Shown: one piece after another, positions 9,324 to 16,632 of the stretch
Layout: the number at the start of each line of letters is the position of its first letter
Position numbering within the stretch: the first letter of the stretch is position 1
Assembly (NCBI RefSeq): GCF_900083515.1
Contig: NZ_LT671858.1
Span: 1,890,001-1,922,000, forward strand
Origin: Cuniculiplasma divulgatum
GTDB lineage: Archaea; Thermoplasmatota; Thermoplasmata; Thermoplasmatales; Thermoplasmataceae
Reading direction: 5' to 3'
Length of the DNA stretch: 32,000 bases
Translations under genes and position numbers: made by a program
Notes under the pieces: model-generated
The model's database searches: none
Seen by the model: only the letters and a program-made list of their open reading frames with translations
What the model was told of the DNA's origin: nothing

Positions 9324-10577
9324 TTATGGTACCAAGGACTTGTGATGATTAATCCAGCAGACAACCATAACGATTCCTCCGGAAATGGCCATAAGTGATG
9401 CAACGCCTATAAACACATCTCTGACATTTAACCCGCTAGCTAGTATTCCTACAAAGATAGCGCCAAATCCATAGCCGGAATCCCGCCAGAGCCTGTAGAT
9501 ACCAAGTCTTGTCCCTCTTTCAGAGGGTTTGACCTTATCATTCACGGCGGCGATTAGAACAGGATACAGAAAAGCCATTCCGAGACCTGCAAGAAAACTC
9601 AGCAAGGCAATAATTACAATTCCATGAAAAAAGACGAAACCAACCATGGCAGTTGAATCAATCCAGAATCCAGTAATTATAAGGACATTGCGGTCAATAT
9701 GATCCGATAGCCTTCCTGTGATGATCTGGACTACCCCCCATGTTATCTGATAAATTCCAACCAAAACAGCTATGGTAAACAGGCTGAAGTGAAGTGAAAG
9801 AAGGTATAATGGCATGAGCCCCCAAAATACAACATCTACAAATTTCTCAAAGAGACCAGCCTGTGAATAGGAAAAGAGGAGTCTGTTTGACCATGATGTA
9901 TCTGTGAACATCTTAATGAATGAAACCGAACTACCTGCTTGATTAATTCCAAGTTCTTCTGATTTAGTAAAGCCTACAGTTTCCCTTATTGTGAGTGCCG
10001 TTGTTCCTATGGCCACAATTACAACTACGATTCCGAACAGAAATGATGCCCCCCTTAATCCATATGAAGCAGCCATGTACCCCGTAATGATTCCTGCAGT
10101 GGCCTGACCTATGTAGCCGGCCGCCTCGTTCAGTCCAACCGTGAGGCCCCGGGATGTGCTTCTGCTCAGATCCAGACCTGCGGTTACTGTCATAGTCCAG
10201 GCAAATGCCTGATTTACGCCTACGCCTATATTGGCCAGCACAATCATATTCCAGCTTGTCGAGAAGTAGAATATGAATGGGACTGGAATAGCCACAAGCC
10301 ATCCTATTAGAAGCAGTTTCTTTCTTCCAATGTCATCCGATATTTTTCCCGATACCAGATTGAGTACACTCTTTGTGAAGCCAAAAGCCGCCAAGAACGA
10401 GAGAATATATAAATACGATGAAATATGATATATGTCATTAGCCATTGCTGGGACGAGAACACGCTCTATCCCAAGGAACCATCCAATGAACAGGGTTAGT
10501 ATCAGAAGGATAACGTACTGTGTGGTGTCATGTGTTAATCTTTGTGGCGTGTCACCATTTTTCATACGAGAAACCAT
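9324..10577 (-). CDS. MFS transporter (12-TM type), substrate unknown
   Basis: 417 aa and highly hydrophobic. MFS motif-A-like GKISDDIGRKKLLLIG between TM2 and TM3, with a second-half repeat GRLSDHIDRN. The start is 3 nt after the stop of the upstream TrmB gene. Confidence 0.8.
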   Translation of the reverse strand: MVSRMKNGDTPQRLTHDTTQYVILLILTLFIGWFLGIERVLVPAMANDIYHISSYLYILSFLAAFGFTKSVLNLVSGKISDDIGRKKLLLIGWLVAIPVPFIFYFSTSWNMIVLANIGVGVNQAFAWTMTVTAGLDLSRSTSRGLTVGLNEAAGYIGQATAGIITGYMAASYGLRGASFLFGIVVVIVAIGTTALTIRETVGFTKSEELGINQAGSSVSFIKMFTDTSWSNRLLFSYSQAGLFEKFVDVVFWGLMPLYLLSLHFSLFTIAVLVGIYQITWGVVQIITGRLSDHIDRNVLIITGFWIDSTAMVGFVFFHGIVIIALLSFLAGLGMAFLYPVLIAAVNDKVKPSERGTRLGIYRLWRDSGYGFGAIFVGILASGLNVRDVFIGVASLMAISGGIVMVVCWINHHKSLVP

Positions 10578-10580
10578 GAA

Positions 10581-11351
10581 TCACTCCTTTGAGCATGCTG
10601 GTCTGGATCTGTCCCACATCATTTCGAAATGTTCTCTGGACTGTAAAACGCAATTACTGCAAGGTTCCACTATTCCGTAGATCTCATGGTCTTTCTCCAT
10701 GGATATCATAAACGAGGTCTCGTTGTCAAAAACATAGTACCTTGAATTCAACCTGTCATATATTCTTGAGAATGGTATGAGATCATCTGGAATTTCTTTT
10801 GCTTCGCTGGAGGAAAATATCATTTTCAACTGCACACCAGTTTTTGTTTTGATATTTTCTTGCAATTTACCATCCAGTGTTCTGATCCCCGGGTCCATTA
10901 CATAAATTGAATGTCGAGCTTTTTTTACCATGGTTTGGAGGTAATACTGTACTTTACTGGAACCCACTATGCTCCATGACACTTTGAGATCTCGCGATCT
11001 GTGTTCGTTCCTTCTCACCACTGACAAGTAATTGGTTAAATGATCCTCAATCTCATCGATCCTAGACCTTCCCTCCTCACACAGAATACTGATAACAATT
11101 TCTGGTTCAGGGATTAAGAACATAGAAGGATTACTCGAGACCTTCTGTACCAGATTAAGTTGGATCAATTTTTCTAAAACTGCGTATACTTTCGTGTAGG
11201 GAATCTCTGTTGTTTGGGAAAGCTCCTTTGCCGTCATCCCTCCGCGGGATAGTGTGAGAAATAGCTCAGCCTCATATTGTGTAAGCCCAAGATATTCAAG
11301 CTCATCTAATATTTCAAAATGTACATCTGGATTATCTTCAATATATGACAT
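10581..11351 (-). CDS. TrmB-family transcriptional regulator (N-terminal wHTH plus C-terminal TrmB-type effector domain)
   Basis: N-terminus LEYLGLTQYEAELFLTLSRGGMTAKELSQTTEIPYTKVYAVLEKLIQLNLV matches the TrmB wHTH pattern. At 256 aa it is long enough for a C-terminal sensing domain. The start is 1 nt after the MBL stop. Confidence 0.8.
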   Translation of the reverse strand: MSYIEDNPDVHFEILDELEYLGLTQYEAELFLTLSRGGMTAKELSQTTEIPYTKVYAVLEKLIQLNLVQKVSSNPSMFLIPEPEIVISILCEEGRSRIDEIEDHLTNYLSVVRRNEHRSRDLKVSWSIVGSSKVQYYLQTMVKKARHSIYVMDPGIRTLDGKLQENIKTKTGVQLKMIFSSSEAKEIPDDLIPFSRIYDRLNSRYYVFDNETSFMISMEKDHEIYGIVEPCSNCVLQSREHFEMMWDRSRPACSKE

Positions 11352-11352
11352 A

Positions 11353-12084
11353 TTAATCTTCCCTGATGTTTATCTCCCTTATCTTCTCCTTTTCAGATAT
11401 GGGTTGAGGTTCCATTTCTCCAAGTTTTTCTCTGAAATCACTGTATGATTCTGTCTGAAGGAGTGGATTGCAGAGCTGCTCATATCCCAGTGTAGAAGAG
11501 ACCTTTGGGCTCATGTTGGCACCACAGACAGATCCAGAATAGTGTGCAGGCATTAATTCGACAAAGCCCGGTAGACGCAATATTTTCTCGGTTATGCTTT
11601 CGTATAATTCATACGAAGTATCCATTCCAGAAATATCTGATCTTCCCACATCGCCAACAAATAGAGTGTCTCCTGTGAAGATTGTTGATGGAGTTTCAGG
11701 ATTTCTCTTATAATCGTAATACACCAAGGATATGCTCTCTGGTGTGTGCCCTGGTGTGTGTAATACCTCAATTCGTGCATTTCCTATTTTCATGGTATCT
11801 CCATCTTTCAGTGGGAGGAAATTAAATTCCACCTTTGCATCTTCAAACATATAAATTGGGGCGTCTACAAATCTATGCAATTTCTTAGCACCGGAGATAT
11901 GGTCGGCGTGAATGTGGGTCTCGATTATACCCTCTATCTTCAGTGCCAAAGAACTGGCCATCTTAATATATGTATCCACTTCATCTTTAGGATCGATTAC
12001 AAATGCTTTTCCGGAACTGGGGCATCCAACAATGTACGAAGCACACGAGTGTTCCTCATTCAGGATTTGTCTTAAAAGAGGCAT
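11353..12084 (-). CDS. Metallo-beta-lactamase-fold hydrolase of the glyoxalase II / persulfide dioxygenase-like group
   Basis: Metal motif ETHIHADHISG (H-x-H-x-D-H), HTPGHTPES, FTGDTLFVGDVGRSD, AHYSGSVCG. The precise activity (thioesterase versus sulfur dioxygenase) cannot be decided by eye. Confidence 0.8.
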   Translation of the reverse strand: MPLLRQILNEEHSCASYIVGCPSSGKAFVIDPKDEVDTYIKMASSLALKIEGIIETHIHADHISGAKKLHRFVDAPIYMFEDAKVEFNFLPLKDGDTMKIGNARIEVLHTPGHTPESISLVYYDYKRNPETPSTIFTGDTLFVGDVGRSDISGMDTSYELYESITEKILRLPGFVELMPAHYSGSVCGANMSPKVSSTLGYEQLCNPLLQTESYSDFREKLGEMEPQPISEKEKIREINIRED

Positions 12085-12090
12085 ATTTTG

Positions 12091-12111
12091 TTATTATCCT
12101 GCGGATAATAA
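12091..12111. promoter_or_regulatory. Perfect palindrome TTATTATCC-TGC-GGATAATAA overlapping the TATA/initiation region of the MBL-TrmB-MFS operon (candidate operator)
   Basis: 9-bp arms with a 3-nt spacer. Read on the minus strand, the distal arm TTATTAT sits about 24-27 nt upstream of the ATG at 12084 (leaderless geometry) and the proximal arm is at about -15 to -7. Confidence 0.45.
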
Positions 12112-12440
12112 GGCTTCTGCTTTTTTTAAATTTAAAGGTTAAATTCAATCAGCAACCCATCAGACTCATCTATAAATTCTTCCCTCAAAGTGAAACCAGC
12201 TCTTCTTTTTGCAGCATGGCGTTTTTCAATGAGTTTGTAAAAACTAGATTGAATGATCATAACTGAAGAAAAATTCTAAGTCCGCATTAACACAATATGC
12301 TCACTAAGGCCAGACGGGGGAGTTGTGGAAAATCAATTTATATTTGACAATAACCGGGAATGCTATGGAGCACATTAAGCAGAAGATTTGTTTAATCTTA
12401 TGTGTTTTTTTTTAATCGTTCCATGATGGTTTTTCGAGAT

Positions 12441-12462
12441 TGTCGTCGATATATAGACAACA
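12441..12462. promoter_or_regulatory. Imperfect palindrome TGTCGTCGATA|TATAGACAACA containing a TATA box, upstream of the small-protein/PadR operon
   Basis: 9 of 11 positions pair. The core GATATATAG is TATA-like and lies about 30-35 nt upstream of the ATG at 12488; a second TATA-like TTATATAG is at 12463-12470. The symmetry is partly trivial because TATA is itself palindromic. Confidence 0.35.
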
Positions 12463-12487
12463 TTATATAGGAAACAATAATACTCTC

Positions 12488-12712
12488 ATGAGGAGAAAAC
12501 AAATGTGTGGAATGAATAAAAACAAGTGTGGATGCGACAACGAAAACATGGAATCCAGAATGTCTCGATGCGGCCAGATGTTTCGGAACCGTTCTGAAAA
12601 GGATGTGGCTGAAGACCTTGAGGACTACAAGGAACAGCTGGAGAATGAGATATCAATGCTTGAGAGAAAACTGGCAAGGATCAAGTCGCACAAGAATGAG
12701 AACGTGGAGTAA
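12488..12712 (+). CDS. Small protein: N-terminal 4-Cys cluster plus C-terminal acidic coiled coil (uncharacterised)
   Basis: The ORF track frame starts at TTG 12440, but that start would lie upstream of the TATA elements. ATG 12488 (or 12503/12512) gives MRRKQMCGMNKNKCGCDNENMESRMSRCGQMF... followed by EDLEDYKEQLENEISMLERKLARIK. No family firmly recognised. Confidence 0.55.
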   Translation: MRRKQMCGMNKNKCGCDNENMESRMSRCGQMFRNRSEKDVAEDLEDYKEQLENEISMLERKLARIKSHKNENVE

Positions 12713-12746
12713 ACGTATCTCCACATAAATTTAGAGGTGACTGGGA

Positions 12747-12977
12747 TTGTTGAAATGTGCTGATTGTGGCGATACTGTAATGCCAGGTAAAGAGTTTCCG
12801 TTTGAAATAGAAGGAGTTGTAAGAGTATACGGTTGTGAACTCTGTGCTCTGCATCATGCAAAAGTTCTTGAGATAGAAAAAATAGAGAAACAGTATGCGA
12901 CAATTGCAGCAAAGAGGGAAGAATTGAAAGAAATAGAAATTCAGAAAGAACTACTAAGAAAGGAGGTTGGAAAGTAA
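12747..12977 (+). CDS. Small protein: CxxC-x21-CxxC zinc-ribbon/TRASH-like module plus K/E-rich coiled coil (uncharacterised)
   Basis: Sequence MLKCADCGDTVMPGKEFPFEIEGVVRVYGCELCALHH... SD-like GAGGTGA at 12734-12740 precedes the TTG start. The stop TAA is directly followed by the GTG start of the PadR gene. Confidence 0.6.
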   Translation: MLKCADCGDTVMPGKEFPFEIEGVVRVYGCELCALHHAKVLEIEKIEKQYATIAAKREELKEIEIQKELLRKEVGK

Positions 12978-13334
12978 GTGGATAAAAATTGCTCCTGTCG
13001 ATGTGGCCCATTCAAAGTAAGTCTTATCCCCCCGGGAGTACTCAAGCCTTTGATACTTAAAATTCTTGAAGATAACCCCATGCATGGATATGAAATAATG
13101 AATGAAATTTCCCTGCGCACACAAGGTTACTGGAGGCCCACCGCTGGCTCCATATATCCTGCCCTTGGCTCACTGGAAAAAGATAGATATGTGGAAAGGC
13201 GTGAATTAATGCAGGGAGAGCGGGCAAGACAGATGTATATTATTACGGATCTTGGAAGAGAAACCATAAAAGACATGTCTCAGTTTTCTGAGAGCTGGAA
13301 GAATGGACTTAATAAGCTTATGGGGTTATTGTAA
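12978..13334 (+). CDS. PadR-family transcriptional regulator with N-terminal Cys cluster (CSCRCG)
   Basis: LKPLILKILEDNPMHGYEIMNEI...GSIYPALGSLEKDRYV is the PadR wHTH signature. SD AGGAGGT at 12961-12967 lies 10 nt before the GTG start. A roughly 20-aa N-terminal extension carries three Cys. Confidence 0.8.
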   Translation: MDKNCSCRCGPFKVSLIPPGVLKPLILKILEDNPMHGYEIMNEISLRTQGYWRPTAGSIYPALGSLEKDRYVERRELMQGERARQMYIITDLGRETIKDMSQFSESWKNGLNKLMGLL

Positions 13335-13390
13335 TAGATACTGGCGAAAAGAATGAAGAATACAACGATATGTCGCGTTTCATTAGAACT

Positions 13391-13400
13391 CTTCTTTTTC
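13391..13400 (+). terminator. T-rich tract (CTTCTTTTTC) after the PadR operon, immediately before the orphan tRNA half
   Basis: Oligo-T of the archaeal terminator type, 57 nt after the PadR stop. Confidence 0.3.
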
Positions 13401-13405
13401 CTATC

Positions 13406-13446
13406 TTGTAATCAGCAGGTCGGGGGTTCAAATCCCTCCAGTGGCT
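13406..13446 (+). repeat. 41-bp direct repeat copy 2 (attR-like): orphan 3' half of tRNA-Thr
   Basis: Identical to 8812-8852. The sequence 5' of it (13371-13405) has no similarity to the tRNA 5' half, so no cloverleaf can form. Confidence 0.9.
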
Positions 13447-13649
13447 TATAGGTAAAATAGTTCATTTTTGATTTGTACTCACTTTAATTTTTCTGGAAGT
13501 GTGTGTCATGTGAATTCTTATTTTTTTCCTTGTTCTGATGCATTTTAATTTATAATGAATTAGTGTAATTAGATGCTTTATGGTGATAGTTAAACATTCT
13601 CACACCGTAATTTAGATCTTACATGTATTAATTTTTTGCTCGATTTCAA

Positions 13650-14276
13650 TCAAATTTTTACTATTTCCAGAATTAGCCTTTTTCTTCCTCCAAAATTATC
13701 GAGAAATATCTTATAATTCACCACTCCAGAGAGACGCATCAACCGTTTGATACTGCCTCTGGTATGATTGAAGCTTGGCATTGCTTCAAATCCGTCGATA
13801 AAGTTTTTTTCCACAAGTCCACTGGACCTGTGATTTCTCATTTCAATAATTGCAATTCCTTTTTCCATTAGTACCCTGTATATTTCGTGAATAACTGCGA
13901 TTTGTTCCTGTTCAGTGGAAAGCTCGCTGAACGCGTTCCACATGCAAATGACATAGTCAAATGAATCTTCCGGGTATGGGATGCTTTGCATGTTCCCATT
14001 TTTGAATTCAATATTCAGACTTCTTTTCTTAGTCTCTTCCCTGGCTCTTTCAATGAAAATTGGAGTGATATCCATCCCATAAACGGTATACCCATATTCT
14101 GCAAGGGGAATCGAAAATCTTCCATATCCACAGGCCAGATCCAATATTGTTGAACCATTTCTTAGGATACCTGTGAGATATGATAATTCACTCTCAGTCT
14201 GGGCAGTGTTTTTTCTCGCAGAAAGCCAATCGACACCCATTTCTGTATAAAATTCCTTTGATGTTTTTATATGCAT
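13650..14276 (-). CDS. Class I SAM-dependent methyltransferase (small-molecule type)
   Basis: Motif I ILDLACGYGRF, an acidic residue ending beta-2 (YGMDIT), and motif post-II FDYVICMWNAF. 208 aa. Confidence 0.8.
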   Translation of the reverse strand: MHIKTSKEFYTEMGVDWLSARKNTAQTESELSYLTGILRNGSTILDLACGYGRFSIPLAEYGYTVYGMDITPIFIERAREETKKRSLNIEFKNGNMQSIPYPEDSFDYVICMWNAFSELSTEQEQIAVIHEIYRVLMEKGIAIIEMRNHRSSGLVEKNFIDGFEAMPSFNHTRGSIKRLMRLSGVVNYKIFLDNFGGRKRLILEIVKI

Positions 14277-14519
14277 ATGTTAATTATTACCAATCGCGTA
14301 TTACAATATTAATCCACCTTTGCCAATTTTGTATGTAATTATCTACCCTTGGTTGTTTTATTGGTAATTCCTTTTTAAATTTTCCACCTATTTATCACTA
14401 ACCAGAGATTCTTCTAATATATAATTGAAATAACTCCTTAAAACTATACTCTGTTTAAATGAAATTTCACAGGGATGAATGATCTCTTTTTTAATATACT
14501 GTAGATTATACCATTCCAT

Positions 14520-15731
14520 ATGGATAGAGACATTGTTCAGGTATCAATGAAAGATGTTGCCAGATTCTCTATTATTCGGCAGCACCTTTCGGAAAAGCCG
14601 GGCAAGAGATTGAATGAGAAGCAGAAAATTTTGGAAATTTTTAAGGATTTAAAATACGTCCAGATCGATCCTGTGTACACAGTAGAAAGAAGTCATTTCC
14701 TTACCCTCTGGAGCAGATTGGGTAACTTTAACAGGCAGAATCTTCTAGACCTAATATACAGAGATCATCTTCTGGTTGAATCCTATGCTCATCAGGCATC
14801 TATTTCAATTATTGACGATCTGCATATTTTAAAAATGAGTATGAATGAAAGAAAGGAAAGATATTTGAAAACACATCCCGAAATAAAGCCTTCAATTGAA
14901 CAGATTAAAGAGTTTATCAGGTCAACCGGACCAACAACATCAAACAAACTTTCAGAGTTAAAAATTGAATCTGGAATAAGTGGCTGGGGGCATGAAAGAA
15001 AGGTAAATTTACTGCTTAACCTGATGCACAGAATGGGAGAATTAATTATATGTGATAGAACAGAATCAAACCAGAAGGTGTGGAATGTCCCTGATAGTGA
15101 TTTTAGTGGGTTAACGGAGAAGAACACTATTGACAGGAAAGAGGTCGAAAAAGTAGTATTTCAGAAATCCCTTGAGTCACTTGGTATTGCCTCTCCAGAG
15201 CAGATCAAAAGGCATTATTCTCCTGTTAGTATTTCTAATGGAGTTCAAATCGTGAACGAACTTCAGGATGAATCAGTTATAGTACCGGTGGAAATAACCA
15301 ATAATAACTCAAAGATGAGAAAAAAATGGTTCATACTAAAAAAGGATATACCATATCTGGAAAATCTTGAAAATAATTGGATGCCACCATCTGTCCTGCT
15401 TTCTCCCTTTGATAATCTAACTATAGACAGAAAGAGGACAGAAGAGATATTCAATTTTGATAGCCGAATGGAAATGTATATTCCAAAACATAAAAGAAAA
15501 TATGGGTTCTACTGCATGCCATTCCTTCATGGTGACAGAATAATAGGAAGAGTTGACCTGAAATTAGATCGCCATAATAGTGAACTAAAGATCAATGCGA
15601 TCTATGATGAGGGTAGATATTTTTCTCAGAAGAGGGTTCTAGGAACAATGATTGATTCGTTAAATTCCTTGTCAGAATTTCTTAACGCATCATCTATTAA
15701 AATTCCTCAAACCATTCAATATAGTAAATGA
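14520..15731 (+). CDS. YcaQ-like winged-helix DNA glycosylase family protein (HTH_42 / DUF1006; interstrand-crosslink glycosylase family)
   Basis: N-terminal VARFSIIRQHL and LKYVQIDPVYTVERSHFLTLWSRL contain the Q-phi-D catalytic motif described for E. coli YcaQ. About 400 aa, typical of the family. Confidence 0.75.
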   Translation: MDRDIVQVSMKDVARFSIIRQHLSEKPGKRLNEKQKILEIFKDLKYVQIDPVYTVERSHFLTLWSRLGNFNRQNLLDLIYRDHLLVESYAHQASISIIDDLHILKMSMNERKERYLKTHPEIKPSIEQIKEFIRSTGPTTSNKLSELKIESGISGWGHERKVNLLLNLMHRMGELIICDRTESNQKVWNVPDSDFSGLTEKNTIDRKEVEKVVFQKSLESLGIASPEQIKRHYSPVSISNGVQIVNELQDESVIVPVEITNNNSKMRKKWFILKKDIPYLENLENNWMPPSVLLSPFDNLTIDRKRTEEIFNFDSRMEMYIPKHKRKYGFYCMPFLHGDRIIGRVDLKLDRHNSELKINAIYDEGRYFSQKRVLGTMIDSLNSLSEFLNASSIKIPQTIQYSK

Positions 15732-16049
15732 GAAGTTTATCCCAAAATTTTCCCTTATTTTAATTGTAATATTTTGGTTTTTTCAACGTTAAATGGGTGT
15801 TGAATGAAGAGAAATGCGCCTCAGAATGACTTATTGTGGGGATTATAACTATTGTTTTAAAGTTGAAATGAAGAATGTTCATATTAATAATGTGTATGTT
15901 AATTATTGATTCTATTAAGAATGGCTGCGTGGAGTATATATCAGAATTTTTCTGAATACAATGCTAATTTGGGATAAAGTAAGATTGTAATCATCTAAAG
16001 AAAGGTTTATATTGCTTGACACTATCTAGCACGATGAACACAAAAAGAA

Positions 16050-16631
16050 GTGGTTTATTTTATAGGCAATGAGAAAACAGATGATAATCTTGAAAAATTA
16101 AGAGAAGATCTTCTATTGAATACTCTTGAAATTACAGATATGTTCAGGAAAAGAGTAGAATTATCACGCCTTATATTTCAGGAAAAGCTAAGGAAAGGTG
16201 TTACCCTTCGTGATAGAAATCAAGAATTGAGGGTTATCAGAAGAATTGGTGTAAGGTCTGTTGAGGAACGCAGTTTCGTTAATGCGCTTTTTGAACTAAC
16301 TACCCAGGCACAGGCAGGTTTGATATCTGGTAAGTCAGAAGAAGAATGTGATTGTGAAACAGCAGAATATCAAATTGGAAGAATAATATGCCTGACTGGA
16401 GATGAAATATACCACAACTGTGACAGGGAGCATCCATTCATTAAAGCGGCAATCTCAAGAGGTTCACATATAGTGTGTGGCAGCATAGAAGATTATGACC
16501 TAAAAATTAGTATTCGAACTGATGAACTTAATCTTAAGATAGACGCTTTCAATAATAAATTGAAGAAATTTTCCTTTGATGATTTGCTAAAACCGAGTGG
16601 ATTCAAGAAAATTCTTGTGGAGTGTGATTGA
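16050..16631 (+). CDS. Chorismate mutase (AroQ-type N-terminal domain) fused to an unrecognised Cys/His-rich domain of about 100 aa
   Basis: LEKLREDLLLNTLEITDMFRKRVELSRLIFQEKLRKGVTLRDRNQELRVIRRI fits the AroQ helical pattern (R...R...K...D..R-E). GTG start. The context next to tyrA and DAHP synthase supports the call. The C-terminal half is unassigned. Confidence 0.55.
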   Translation: MVYFIGNEKTDDNLEKLREDLLLNTLEITDMFRKRVELSRLIFQEKLRKGVTLRDRNQELRVIRRIGVRSVEERSFVNALFELTTQAQAGLISGKSEEECDCETAEYQIGRIICLTGDEIYHNCDREHPFIKAAISRGSHIVCGSIEDYDLKISIRTDELNLKIDAFNNKLKKFSFDDLLKPSGFKKILVECD

Positions 16632-16632
16632 T

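Larger units (their letters stand above)
8812..13446. mobile_element. Putative integrated element or genomic-island remnant bounded by tRNA-Thr att-like direct repeats; no integrase detected
   Basis: An intact tRNA at one end and an orphan tRNA 3' half at the other, in the same orientation, is the classical signature of site-specific integration into a tRNA 3' end. The interior holds only cargo-like genes (transporter, regulators, MBL hydrolase, small Cys-rich proteins). Confidence 0.5.

Noticed and set aside
9324-12084. Apparent GC enrichment of the island genes; for example 10081-10200 is about 58-60% GC by hand count.
   Set aside because: Hand counts of hutU segments outside the island gave a similar 50-53%, while parts of the TrmB gene are about 32%. 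Eyeballed composition is therefore inconclusive and needs a proper sliding-window and codon-usage calculation.
12003-12266. Plus-strand ORFs 11875-12266, which span the MBL gene start and the divergent spacer.
   Set aside because: They run antisense to the MBL gene and through its promoter palindrome. They have no motifs or translation signals.
12440-12487. TTG start at 12440 for the first small Cys-rich ORF, as given in the ORF track.
   Set aside because: The extension would contain the TATA-like elements at 12449-12457 and 12463-12470. An ATG at 12488 (or 12503 after a GGAG) fits the promoter geometry better.
8812-13446. SSV-type split integrase: an int gene partitioned by integration, so that N- and C-terminal fragments would read through the att repeats.
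   Set aside because: I translated across both repeat copies on both strands, and across the hypothetical circular junction (13405 / 41-mer / 8853). This gave only short frames of about 30-70 codons (for example MKNTTICRVSLELFFFLSCNQQVGGSNPSSG...) with no recombinase-like motifs.
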